A stretch of DNA of 33,044 bases, taken from positions 1-33,044 of IMG/VR virus record IMGVR_UViG_3300033067_000132. One strand, 5' to 3'. Within the stretch, counting starts at the first letter, position 1. Each line of letters begins with the position of its first letter. The stretch comes from a virus. Lineage: Duplodnaviria; Caudoviricetes. The position numbers and the translations under genes are program-made. Shown one piece after another: positions 14,776 through 23,902 of the stretch. The notes below the pieces were generated by a model. It was not told where the DNA came from and made no database searches. It saw nothing but the letters and a program-made list of their open reading frames with translations.

Positions 14776-16122
14776 TTAATAAGGTGCGTTTTGTTCTGCA
14801 AATGGGTCTGGTGGTGCTGCAAACTTGAAACCACGCAGAGACTTCTTGTTTTCATAGAAGAAGTTTTCTGATTGGTCTGCGTATGCACGAGCCTTTTGAC
14901 CCAAGTAAGCAATGTCTTTCAAAGCATCTTGCTTGGCTTGCAGTGAAACCCTTGGATTTGCCAAGTCACCAACAGCCTTGTCATAACGCTTTGCATCAGC
15001 ATCAGACGTTGGACCGCCAAACTTAGGGGCTTGAACAGCCAAAGTCTGTGACAAAGTAGCTAAACGGTCATTTGCATCTTTAGCTTCTGAGCCGATACCA
15101 ACCGCACCTGCAACGCCCTTAATTCCAGCCTCAACAGCACCACCATAAGCCTTTGACAGCAATGGTGCAGCACGAAGCGCAAGACCTGCGTTGGCTTCAG
15201 CTTTTTTAGCCTCATCACGAGCCGCATTGATTTGGTCAAACTCTTTCTTTTGCGAGTAAGAGAATTGTTCAGGCTTGTTAGCTTCAGCCAATGCGCGAGT
15301 TTCAGCGTTTTGCTGTGCAAACATCTGCATTTGCTGACGATTTTGAGACAAACCAGCTTGAGTTTGCTCAAATTGCTGTGCAGATTGAATGCTTTGAGCC
15401 AATTGACGGACACGCTCATCAGCCTTTTCAGGGTCAAGCATACCGCTTGCATAGCTCTTTTGATACTGAGCAGCAGCCGCACGAAGTGGAGCGGGAATAC
15501 TTGGGTCGCTCACAAAGATGTTGAATGGGTTATCACCTTGAGTACCAGCACCAACAAAACCAGCTTTGCGAAGGTCAGGAACCAACTTAGCCAATGTTGC
15601 ATAAGTGCCTAATGGGTCAGAAGACATTGCAGCTAATGCTTGCAATTTGTTAGTGTCAACTGACATTGTGCGATTACCTGGCACTGTTGTCGTTTGAGTT
15701 GGAATTGCGCCAGTTTGGAAATACTGACCAATTTGTTCAGGAGCGCCAGACCAGTTTTGTTCCGTTACTTGTTGGTCAGGAGTACCTTCAACCTTAAAGA
15801 TTTGAGGGAACATCTGACGCATATTCTCAGCTTCTTTGAGCTTACGCATCTGGTCACCAAGCTGCATTGCAACCATCTTCTCTTGAAGACCTTGGTTCAG
15901 TGCTTTCTTGTAAATGTCTTGACCAGACTGCAAGCCTTCAGCGATGGCCAATGCGCTACCTGTTGGAGTGCGACTAGGAGCGCCAGCACGAAGCAAAGCA
16001 GTAGCCATGCCTAGATTAGACTGACCTTGCGCTTGTTCTTGCAATCGGCGCAGCTCATCAGCGCCAAGAAGACCGCTTAGATATTGTGGCGTTTCGCCGT
16101 AGAAAGAATCTAGAAGTGCCAT
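14776..16122 (-). CDS. DNA ejection / internal virion protein
   Basis: Gln/Ala-rich helical protein; AAAGG SD before ATG 16122 (MALLDSF). Confidence 0.65.
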   Translation of the reverse strand: MALLDSFYGETPQYLSGLLGADELRRLQEQAQGQSNLGMATALLRAGAPSRTPTGSALAIAEGLQSGQDIYKKALNQGLQEKMVAMQLGDQMRKLKEAENMRQMFPQIFKVEGTPDQQVTEQNWSGAPEQIGQYFQTGAIPTQTTTVPGNRTMSVDTNKLQALAAMSSDPLGTYATLAKLVPDLRKAGFVGAGTQGDNPFNIFVSDPSIPAPLRAAAAQYQKSYASGMLDPEKADERVRQLAQSIQSAQQFEQTQAGLSQNRQQMQMFAQQNAETRALAEANKPEQFSYSQKKEFDQINAARDEAKKAEANAGLALRAAPLLSKAYGGAVEAGIKGVAGAVGIGSEAKDANDRLATLSQTLAVQAPKFGGPTSDADAKRYDKAVGDLANPRVSLQAKQDALKDIAYLGQKARAYADQSENFFYENKKSLRGFKFAAPPDPFAEQNAPY

Positions 16123-16132
16123 GTTTAAACCT

Positions 16133-16984
16133 TTACATCCATGCTTCACTCATCCAAGAAGCATCACCACTGCCACCGAATGTTGATGTAGGCATCACAT
16201 CTGAGCCAGTTGTCCACGATGCAGCATTATCACCACCAGACAACCAGTTGTAGGCTGATTTCACGGCAGGAGCAGCAGCATTTGCGAACTGAAGGCCAAG
16301 CAAACCAGTTCCCAAAGCGTTAGCCGTTGGGTTTGTGTAATAAGGCGATGTAGACGACTGCGAACCATAACGGCTAATTGGATTACCGTAAACAGAAGAC
16401 AAGAAACTTGTCAGGTTTTCGCGTGGGAAATTTTGTTCAAACTGACCAGCAGTCATCAACTTGCTAATGTCAGCATAGTCAGCAGCAGCCATTGCAGGAG
16501 CAGCGCCAGTTGCAGCCATTTGACGGGCACGTTCATCAGCGTAGTTCTGATATGCCAGTTGACCAGCAGTACCTGTCAAAGCCTTGGCGAATGTGTTTGC
16601 ATTGCCACCAAACAGGTTTTGTGTCGCAGCGTTCACGCCATAACGACCAGCCTTAGAAGCAGCCGATGAAATATCACCAACACCTTTATTAAAAGCAGTC
16701 TGAGCAGCTTCAGCGGCAGGAGTAAAAGCACCTTGAAAGAAAGGATTTCCACTCAGGTATTGACCACCAATAGTGGAAGCCATTTGACCTTGAGCAGCGC
16801 CAACCAAAGGATTTCCAGCCAATGCACGAGTGCGCATTGCATCCAAAGCAGCTTGAGTTGTTGCGTTAGGCGTTGCGCCTGTTTGATACAGCTTTTGCGC
16901 TTCTTCCAAGCCATAAGTCAAATACGGTTGGATTGCAGGGTCAATGCTTGATGCACCTGATGTTGTTGAATAGCCGACAGCCAT
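16133..16984 (-). CDS. DNA ejection / pilot protein (gp7-like)
   Basis: Ala/Gly/Gln-rich; PYL..GL..A..LY and YL.GNPFF motifs; position after the tail genes. Confidence 0.65.
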   Translation of the reverse strand: MAVGYSTTSGASSIDPAIQPYLTYGLEEAQKLYQTGATPNATTQAALDAMRTRALAGNPLVGAAQGQMASTIGGQYLSGNPFFQGAFTPAAEAAQTAFNKGVGDISSAASKAGRYGVNAATQNLFGGNANTFAKALTGTAGQLAYQNYADERARQMAATGAAPAMAAADYADISKLMTAGQFEQNFPRENLTSFLSSVYGNPISRYGSQSSTSPYYTNPTANALGTGLLGLQFANAAAPAVKSAYNWLSGGDNAASWTTGSDVMPTSTFGGSGDASWMSEAWM

Positions 16985-17005
16985 AGAAGTTCCTTTCTTT
17001 TAAGG

Positions 17006-17042
17006 GACTCCAATGGCGGGTCATCCACTGGAGCCGATTATA
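17006..17042 (-). promoter_or_regulatory. 11-bp hairpin and TATAAT upstream of the ejection genes
   Basis: GGCTCCAGTGG/CCATTGGAGTC with two G-U pairs on the minus strand; TATAAT at 17037-17042; no U-tract. Confidence 0.45.
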
Positions 17043-17045
17043 CAG

Positions 17046-17825
17046 TTATCCGACAATCACGTAATCGTAAATCTTGCCAGATGTTGAATTTGCAAAATGA
17101 GACAAAGTAGCAGTTCCCTTGCCCTTTGCGCTCACGTATACGTTTGTTGTTGACGATGGAGCCACATATTGCACCGTGGCAATAATCGAAGCCGCAGCAG
17201 GTCTTGTTGGGCTTGTTCCAGCCGCCAAAGATTGCATTGAAATCAATGTGCTTGATGCTTGCCACATCAATTCCACATAATCATTAGCGTTCAGCTCAAT
17301 AAAGTAGTTCCAAGCTGGAAGAATGTGACCAGCTACACCACCATGGCTGTTAGGAATCGAAATCTGACCTTTTGACAGTGCAACATTCGTGCCATTTTTA
17401 GATAGCCAAATGTCAACATCCTGAATCTGCGTGTCAGTGTTTGAGAACTGACCGCTGAACTGGATATTGTAGATTCCGTAATTTGTGACAGTAATCCTTG
17501 AATTGCTTACAACACTTACTCCATTTGAGTAGTCAATTGTGTTGAAAGTAATTGGATATGCTGTCGTGATTGACGAAATACTTTGTGTTGTCGTGTCTTG
17601 GAAAGACCCGTAAGGCGTACTGTCAGCGTAGGCCGAAGCAGATGCAGGAATCAGGATAATCTTGCTATCTGCGCCAATCCGAGCGTCTGTGATGGTTGTG
17701 GTTAATGCACCACCTGTCGCCAAAGTTACAGAGCCATGATTGTTCGTCTTTCCGTTCATTATCCCGTTGACGATTTCAGCCACAGCGCGTTGGTCGCCAC
17801 CGAATGTAGGTAGGCAACGAAACAT
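17046..17825 (-). CDS. Tail-associated protein with internal beta-sandwich (C1q/TNF-like) segment
   Basis: YGSFQD...ITFNT......RITV...GIYNIQFSGQF...LNANDYVELMW pattern. Confidence 0.6.
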   Translation of the reverse strand: MFRCLPTFGGDQRAVAEIVNGIMNGKTNNHGSVTLATGGALTTTITDARIGADSKIILIPASASAYADSTPYGSFQDTTTQSISSITTAYPITFNTIDYSNGVSVVSNSRITVTNYGIYNIQFSGQFSNTDTQIQDVDIWLSKNGTNVALSKGQISIPNSHGGVAGHILPAWNYFIELNANDYVELMWQASSTLISMQSLAAGTSPTRPAAASIIATVQYVAPSSTTNVYVSAKGKGTATLSHFANSTSGKIYDYVIVG

Positions 17826-19270
17826 CAGCGAACCCCTTGCGGCGTAATGTCAACATCCACAGCCACGGCACTTTTCCAGTTTGCACCCGTTGGATTGACC
17901 TCTAAACGATGATATTTGCCTGAACCACGCATAGAAACACGGTTGTCAGCACTAGCAGCCACAGCCGTTCCAAATGTCACGTTTTCACTTAAAAGTCTGC
18001 GAGATGCAACAGCCACAGTAGCCGAACCCCCGTCAACCTGTGGGCGAGCCAAGGTTACGAGAGACTGACCACCTGTTTCAATGTCGCCAGTTTGGATTCG
18101 TGCGTTCATGCTTGAACCTGTGAAAGTCACAACCTTTGCGCCAGATGTGCCGCCAAGGAAATACTTGCCACCAACAAACAGAATCGAATCAAGCGAAGTG
18201 CCAAGCCCATCAATGGATGAACTCAGGCTGTCCAACTGCTCAAGCGTGACGGATGCCGTAGAAGCATCAGAAACAGAATCAGTCGTTGTGTCTGTGTAGG
18301 TCCACTTCTTTGTCGAGACGTTATAAGCCAGCAGCTTACGAGTGCCATCAACAGATTTGTAATTCCAAATGATGAGGCGGCGAACAGGGTCAATAGCCGT
18401 AGACATTGAGCCGTAATCAGCCTCGCTTGCGTCTTTCAAGAACCATCTGTCAATCTTTTCAGCGCCAATCGGTGCGACTTGTTGACCATCACAGACGTAG
18501 AAACCGTCATCAGATAAGAAGAACGTCAAGCCTTGATATTGAGCAATTGATCCTGAAGCCATGCAACCTTTGCCACGGCTGATGTTGTCAAACTGGAAGA
18601 TGAACGGTGTGCCAACGTAGCTCATTCGATGGATGCCGCGCTCCATCAGGATTAACCCGAACTCACCACCTCGGATGCCCATAATCTGGCCGCCGTCAGG
18701 AATGTCTTGAGAATCTGATTGAGTTGTCGTGCTTGCAACCCAATTTGTCTCATCGTTCAAGGCAGACCATTGGACTTTGTATTGATTCTGAACGCCGCCA
18801 GAATAGACGTTTGCAGCCACTACAAAGTCACGAACTACGGTCACATACTTAGCAACAGGCGCAGACGCTGATAGGTCAGCCCATGCCGTAGACGTTCCAA
18901 GAACCCAAGATTGGAGCTTTTCAGAGTTGTTAGCCGCAATGATGTTGTCGCCAAACTGAGTGAAACGGAAACGCTCTGTTGATGCCGTTGAGTAGCCACC
19001 AGACTTAGAAACGTCAGTCAAAGCGCCAACGCTTGAGACGGAATAAATCTTTGTGCGACCTGCGGCAAACAGCAAAGTGTTTGCGTTTGGCTGTTTTCCA
19101 GCGTACAGAGTTGTCAAACTTTCAGACGCACTGCCTGAAAAATCAACAGAGTTAGGAAAAGGACCGTAGCCAATGGCTTGAGACACGCAGTTCTTAGCGT
19201 CAGTCAATGAACCTGAAACACCAGGTTGGTCAGGCATCCATTCGCCTAAAACAATTCGTTGAGTTGCCAT
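17825..19270 (-). CDS. Tail nozzle / DNA stabilisation protein (P22 gp10-like beta-propeller)
   Basis: 481 aa, beta-rich; GEWMPDQP, VQWSALND, FFLSDDGFY and IGAEKIDRWF motifs; position. Confidence 0.72.
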   Translation of the reverse strand: MATQRIVLGEWMPDQPGVSGSLTDAKNCVSQAIGYGPFPNSVDFSGSASESLTTLYAGKQPNANTLLFAAGRTKIYSVSSVGALTDVSKSGGYSTASTERFRFTQFGDNIIAANNSEKLQSWVLGTSTAWADLSASAPVAKYVTVVRDFVVAANVYSGGVQNQYKVQWSALNDETNWVASTTTQSDSQDIPDGGQIMGIRGGEFGLILMERGIHRMSYVGTPFIFQFDNISRGKGCMASGSIAQYQGLTFFLSDDGFYVCDGQQVAPIGAEKIDRWFLKDASEADYGSMSTAIDPVRRLIIWNYKSVDGTRKLLAYNVSTKKWTYTDTTTDSVSDASTASVTLEQLDSLSSSIDGLGTSLDSILFVGGKYFLGGTSGAKVVTFTGSSMNARIQTGDIETGGQSLVTLARPQVDGGSATVAVASRRLLSENVTFGTAVAASADNRVSMRGSGKYHRLEVNPTGANWKSAVAVDVDITPQGVR

Positions 19271-19272
19271 CT

Positions 19273-19860
19273 TTATTGCCTAACCCATGTATTTGAACCA
19301 GAAGCAACCTCTGTCCAAGTGTTGTTATTTTGAGACACGGTTTGCCAAGTGTCAGTGCTTGGCGTAACAGTAGACCAGTTTTCACCCAATCTGATGCCAA
19401 CCATTGATGCTGCTGCTTTTGCAGAAGTTGAACCAGCACACAAGAATCTAACTTGACTTTCAGAAGTTGCCGAGCCATAGCCCAATGCGACACCATCAGC
19501 CGAGTATTCAACGCCACCAAGAGCGTCAGTTGAGGCTTCTCCAAGGACTGAAGCAGAAGACAACCTCATTCGGATTGCTTCGCTACTTGACGTTCCTGAA
19601 CCTAATACAGACGCACTAGCCACAGCCACACGGATGCCAGCGCCTGAAGTTGTGCCAGTTCCACTTACAGAAGCTGATGATTCAGTGATTCGCGTGACAA
19701 ATGCTGAAGTTGAGCCTGTACCAGTTACAGACGATGCAGCCTCTAAGATGCAAACATCAGCAGAAGACCAAACAGCGTTATCTAATGAGAAAGACAGGCT
19801 ATCTAGCGACCCGAACGCATCGAGCTGTTCTAGTGTGAATGGGCCGCAGACTTCTGCCAT
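19273..19860 (-). CDS. Ser/Ala-rich virion structural protein
   Basis: Repetitive S/A/G/T composition. TLEQLD...SLD motif is shared with the nozzle protein. Confidence 0.65.
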   Translation of the reverse strand: MAEVCGPFTLEQLDAFGSLDSLSFSLDNAVWSSADVCILEAASSVTGTGSTSAFVTRITESSASVSGTGTTSGAGIRVAVASASVLGSGTSSSEAIRMRLSSASVLGEASTDALGGVEYSADGVALGYGSATSESQVRFLCAGSTSAKAAASMVGIRLGENWSTVTPSTDTWQTVSQNNNTWTEVASGSNTWVRQ

Positions 19861-19863
19861 TTT

Positions 19864-20250
19864 TTACGCCAAAGTGACGGTCAAAGAACCTGCTGCAATC
19901 TTGAACACATCACCAGTGTCGATTGTCTTAGAGACAGTCAAAGCACCGTGATACAACAGATTGCCAGAACTAGAAGCATCAAAGATACCAAAATGGGTGA
20001 TTGTTCCCCATGAGCCACCCGCTTGAGGAAACTGAATGTCAGCACTGGTAGAACTAGCGCCATTAGAAGGAGCTGCAAAAGTAGCAGACTGACGAACATA
20101 AGAAGCGCCAGAACATTCTGTGCCAGAACCAGCATCAGTTGGGTCAGACGTAAACAAAGCCACATAGACAGTCGTTGGAGCAGTGTAGCCTGTTGCTCGG
20201 AGTGTGCCATTGATTAAAGCGTTTTCTAGATAGTTTGAGATTGCAGCCAT
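19864..20250 (-). CDS. Conserved virion/tail protein
   Basis: SNYLEN.L......Y..PT.VYVALFT.DP and WGTITHFGIFDA...GNLL motifs. Confidence 0.75.
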   Translation of the reverse strand: MAAISNYLENALINGTLRATGYTAPTTVYVALFTSDPTDAGSGTECSGASYVRQSATFAAPSNGASSTSADIQFPQAGGSWGTITHFGIFDASSSGNLLYHGALTVSKTIDTGDVFKIAAGSLTVTLA

Positions 20251-20252
20251 AT

Positions 20253-20873
20253 TTACCTCAGAGTGGTAGTCATTGAAAGTGGAACACCCGAATACTGAGA
20301 AGATTCGTCAGACTTCGTAAGTGTTGAGATAGCGCGGTCATACATACCGCCCCAAGTGTTTACTCGCGCATCGTTCATTATGTACGGCTCTGCTTCAAGC
20401 AATGCAGCGTACAAGAGAGCGTCAGGCGCGTTGACCATAAAGGCATTACTCTGGTTGCTGTCACCCAAAAATGTTGGAGCGAAGTAGTAGAGCAATTTGA
20501 CTGTGTATGTCGAATCAGGGATTGGAGCCAACTGAAACTCTGTTGCCAAGATTGTGTAGTCCAGAGGCAAACCGCTTTGAGTTGAACGAGTGTTGCGACT
20601 GAAAACAGCAGGGCTTGAATAGGTCAATGGTTGGACAGGATTGCTGACAACCACAAAGTCACGAATCTCAAGGAAGTCAGATGGCAATTCAACAGTCGAA
20701 TCACCACCAGTTGTTGAGCTTGTCACCGTCTTGAGCATTTGACGAATACGCAACTCACGGCGCAAACGAATCTCAGCGAATCGGATGAAGTCAGGGATTT
20801 GGTCAGTTAAGTCTGTACGAGCCAAGTAGTTGGCAATCGCAGTCTTCAATTCGGAATATGTGGCGATGCTCAT
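20253..20873 (-). CDS. Head-tail adaptor protein
   Basis: TYSELKTAIANYL.R.DL, LPSDFLE and PDALLY.AL.EA.PY motifs; ATGA coupling at 20870-20873. Confidence 0.78.
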   Translation of the reverse strand: MSIATYSELKTAIANYLARTDLTDQIPDFIRFAEIRLRRELRIRQMLKTVTSSTTGGDSTVELPSDFLEIRDFVVVSNPVQPLTYSSPAVFSRNTRSTQSGLPLDYTILATEFQLAPIPDSTYTVKLLYYFAPTFLGDSNQSNAFMVNAPDALLYAALLEAEPYIMNDARVNTWGGMYDRAISTLTKSDESSQYSGVPLSMTTTLR

Positions 20874-21184
20874 ACTTGTCCTGGTCGTGTGCGCCAAGCG
20901 CGATTCATCGGGTCGTTCAGATAAGAAGCAAAACGCACCTCATCCACAATTGCGAACCCGCGCATGACACCTTGTTTGTTCAACTCGTCAATCGCAGTAA
21001 ATGGAATTGAGGCAACCTTATTGCCAAACAAATCATCAGACCATCGAGCGCGTTCATCGTAAGAGTTGTATTCCTTACGGTTAGCCTCAATAATTCCAGA
21101 AACGTCTTGCTTCGTAGCGATGACAAGTCCACCATCACCGTCAGCATGAGCCGTTGATTGTCGAAATTGAATTGGTGTTTCCAT
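20870..21184 (-). CDS. Conserved hypothetical protein after capsid
   Basis: QDVS.IIE.N, VASIP and LNDP.N..WRT..G motifs. Confidence 0.75.
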   Translation of the reverse strand: METPIQFRQSTAHADGDGGLVIATKQDVSGIIEANRKEYNSYDERARWSDDLFGNKVASIPFTAIDELNKQGVMRGFAIVDEVRFASYLNDPMNRAWRTRPGQV

Positions 21185-21190
21185 GTGTAG

Positions 21191-21199
21191 ATTCTAACA
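21191..21199 (-). promoter_or_regulatory. Extended -10 promoter (TGT-TAGAAT), predicted leaderless mRNA
   Basis: The A of ATG 21184 is 7 nt after the hexamer; no SD. Confidence 0.5.
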
Positions 21200-21229
21200 A
21201 AAACGCCCCAAAGCGTGAACCTTGGGGCG
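21196..21229 (-). terminator. Intrinsic terminator after the major capsid gene
   Basis: CGCCCCAAGG-loop-CTTTGGGGCG followed by TTTTTGTT. Confidence 0.8.
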
Positions 21230-21250
21230 CGTTATCTGACTATTTAACGA

Positions 21251-22186
21251 TTAAGTCAAGTCAGCGATGATGCCGTGAGCAGCTTCGTTAGAAACTTGCA
21301 AGGTGTACTCAGCCAAGAGTTGAGTCACTTCAGCGTCACCAGTCTTAGCCAATTCGTTGGTTTGGAATGGACGCAGGTAGTTCACAGAAGCCATGTCTGG
21401 GTCGATGATAAAGGCCACATCGGTATCAGTGATGAAGCGGTTAGGCACAACAGAGATAGAACCGAAGTCGCTCAAATACACATCAGCAGCGCCGATGATA
21501 GTAGTAGGAGCGTCAGAAGGAGCCATGTAGCGTTGAGCAGCGATACCAGCGAAGGTAGACACAACTTGCTTGTGGTTAGGGCGAACCATCAACACTTTTG
21601 GTGAACCACCAGCGGTATAAACTTCAGCAACCACAGTCTTCAAGATTGTCTCTGTGAAAGTGCGGTCAGTGCCGTTTGTACGGGTAGTTGTACCAGAAGC
21701 GCCAGCAACACCGTCAGTGCCGAAGTCGCCGTTAGTAGCCAACCAAGTTTGCAAACCGCCCAATTTACGAGCAGTAGAAGCGTCACCAGCAGAAGCGGCT
21801 TGGTTGCTCAACAAGATGGCTTCCATGTCGCGCTTGATTTCGGCAGAGGCTTTAGCCAAGCTGTAAGCCTTTTCAGACTTGCGACCTGCTTTGTCCACAG
21901 CTTCCAAAGTGCCAGAAACCTTAACAGTCTTCTGAGAGATTTGGGTGCGGTTGCCAGCACGAACGGTTGGAGACATAGTTGCATCAGATGCAGTAGCGCC
22001 TTCAACAGCGTAGTTCGATGTGTTCACCGAAGCCAAGCTGTCTTTTTGCCACTCGTGATAAGTAGCAGTAGCCTTGCCCTTGCCAACAGACGACATGAAT
22101 GGGGTGTCTGTGGGGCTGATGTTATAGATAACGTCAGACAGGTCTTCGCGCTGACCAATAGCGGTGTAGGTTTGATAGGTAGCCAT
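21251..22186 (-). CDS. Major capsid protein (DUF5309/SU10-like, HK97 fold)
   Basis: GQREDLSDVIYNISPTDTPF, HEWQ.D.L, N.TQI..K, YLSDFG and LAKTGD motifs. Confidence 0.9.
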   Translation of the reverse strand: MATYQTYTAIGQREDLSDVIYNISPTDTPFMSSVGKGKATATYHEWQKDSLASVNTSNYAVEGATASDATMSPTVRAGNRTQISQKTVKVSGTLEAVDKAGRKSEKAYSLAKASAEIKRDMEAILLSNQAASAGDASTARKLGGLQTWLATNGDFGTDGVAGASGTTTRTNGTDRTFTETILKTVVAEVYTAGGSPKVLMVRPNHKQVVSTFAGIAAQRYMAPSDAPTTIIGAADVYLSDFGSISVVPNRFITDTDVAFIIDPDMASVNYLRPFQTNELAKTGDAEVTQLLAEYTLQVSNEAAHGIIADLT

Positions 22187-22199
22187 GATTCAAGTTTCC

Positions 22200-23150
22200 T
22201 TATAAGAATCGTTCAAATGCGTTTGCAGCGTCACGGACTTTACCAGTTCGCTTCAACTGCGCCATTGTGTTTTTACGCTGTTCTGTGTCTGAGTTTCGCG
22301 GTGCTGAAGTACCCGCTTTCATCATCTTCGGAGCTGCTTCCACTTTCTTAGTGATTGAAGGCTTATTGCTCTGAAGTTTCGCGTACTTCATGCCGTGATA
22401 CAAACTCAAAACAGCGCGAGAATCATACAACCCTGCAAGCTCTTGGTCACTCCAGCCGATAGATTTAGCGTAGTCCCGAATATCCTTGCGGATTTGGTCG
22501 CCTTCTTTCGGGTTGCCGTAACCGGGAATAGCTGTTGTCAGCTTCTGACTTTCCTCAGCGAGATGACTTTGCAGACGCTCAGATTGCTCCGCTTGTTGCT
22601 GTTGTGCAATGCGTTGCTGTTCTTGTTGCAGAACTGCCAATTGTTTCTCTCGTTGCGCCTGTTCAGCGACCTTCACGGCATAGCCGATTGGGTCAACTTC
22701 CTTTAAAGCATCAAGATTTTCACCTTGGTTCTGTTGACTCAGGAAAGATTCCATCATCTTCAGACGTTGGGCGTACTGGTCTCGTAATTTGTTTGCTTCC
22801 TCGATTTTTGAGCGTTCAGCTTCAACGACTCGCTTATCTTCAGAGAGCTTTTGGGTTTTCTTTGTGTAGTCTTGGCCTAGTTGGTAGCCCTCAATAAGCT
22901 GCTCAAGAGTAACCTCACGTTCTTCGCCAGCCGCTTTGACCTTAAAAGTGCTTGGTTGCTCGTGTTCTGCTTCTTCAGAATCCACCAACTCAGTTTCGAC
23001 TTCGCCTTCTGATTCTTCTTCGACTTCGTTTACTTCTTCTGGTTGGCTGTTTTCAGCGCCTTCGTCAGTACCCATCATGTCGAAAAAAGCTCCAGCGGCT
23101 TGATTCACATTTAACGATTCACTACCCGTAGGTGTCGTGTTTTCGCTCAT
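22200..23150 (-). CDS. Capsid scaffolding protein
   Basis: Acidic N-terminus, VK..GEEREVTL..L..GY....DYTKKTQ motif, coiled coil; lies between portal and capsid. Confidence 0.85.
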   Translation of the reverse strand: MSENTTPTGSESLNVNQAAGAFFDMMGTDEGAENSQPEEVNEVEEESEGEVETELVDSEEAEHEQPSTFKVKAAGEEREVTLEQLIEGYQLGQDYTKKTQKLSEDKRVVEAERSKIEEANKLRDQYAQRLKMMESFLSQQNQGENLDALKEVDPIGYAVKVAEQAQREKQLAVLQQEQQRIAQQQQAEQSERLQSHLAEESQKLTTAIPGYGNPKEGDQIRKDIRDYAKSIGWSDQELAGLYDSRAVLSLYHGMKYAKLQSNKPSITKKVEAAPKMMKAGTSAPRNSDTEQRKNTMAQLKRTGKVRDAANAFERFL

Positions 23151-23198
23151 TTCAATCCCAAATTGTCAGCATCAACTGGATGCCACAGGTAAGTTTCC

Positions 23199-23429
23199 TT
23201 ACAGAATCTTCCAACGCTTTTTGATAATCTCGCTAGTAGCGGCAATTGATTCAAAATGCGCGATAACTGATTGTAATGCGTTTATCTTCAGATACGCAAT
23301 CTCACGCTCGTCAACCTGATGTGGCTGCGAGTTGACGATTGTCTGAAGTTCCGCATCCTTCATTGATTCAATCTCACCGATGAAAAACTCATCAGTCAGC
23401 AGATTCTTGGCTCGTTCAAAGTTTTGCAT
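23199..23429 (-). CDS. Small conserved protein between portal and scaffold
   Basis: AKNLL.DEFF...RE.AY pattern; ATG 23429. Confidence 0.7.
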   Translation of the reverse strand: MQNFERAKNLLTDEFFIGEIESMKDAELQTIVNSQPHQVDEREIAYLKINALQSVIAHFESIAATSEIIKKRWKIL

Positions 23430-23431
23430 TG

Positions 23432-23902
23432 TTACCAATCAAAAATATCGTCAACAACACCACCGAGAGCGCCACCAAGTTGTCCACCAATGTATCCACC
23501 AAGAGGACCAGCCAGTTGGTTTCCGTAATAGCTACCAGCCAAAGAGCCAGCCTTTTCACCAAGTCCAGCTTCCTCAATGGCTTGCTGTGGACTGTAACCA
23601 CGCTCAACTAACTGATTGGCGTACTTGATTTGGTACTCAGTCAGGTCAAATGGAGCAGGTGTGTAAGGTGTGGCAGGTGCAATTTGCGTATCACCAAGGT
23701 ACTGACTAGCACCAGACTTGAATGGCGCAGCAGAAGCAGGTACTTGACCGCTTAGACCAGCCAAGATTTCGTCAATTGACTGACTGCGCTGTGGAGCTGC
23801 CATCTGAGATGGCTGGTATTGACCACCAACAGCAGAAAGCACATCCTGAATGGAATATGCCTTGCCATTGCTAGATGGAGCAAAGATTTCGTCTACGGTC
23901 AT
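23432..23902 (-). CDS. Hypothetical protein with C-terminal glycine zipper
   Basis: ATGA coupling to the portal stop; GSLAGSYYGNQLAGPLGGYIGGQLGGALGG. Confidence 0.65.
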   Translation of the reverse strand: MTVDEIFAPSSNGKAYSIQDVLSAVGGQYQPSQMAAPQRSQSIDEILAGLSGQVPASAAPFKSGASQYLGDTQIAPATPYTPAPFDLTEYQIKYANQLVERGYSPQQAIEEAGLGEKAGSLAGSYYGNQLAGPLGGYIGGQLGGALGGVVDDIFDW

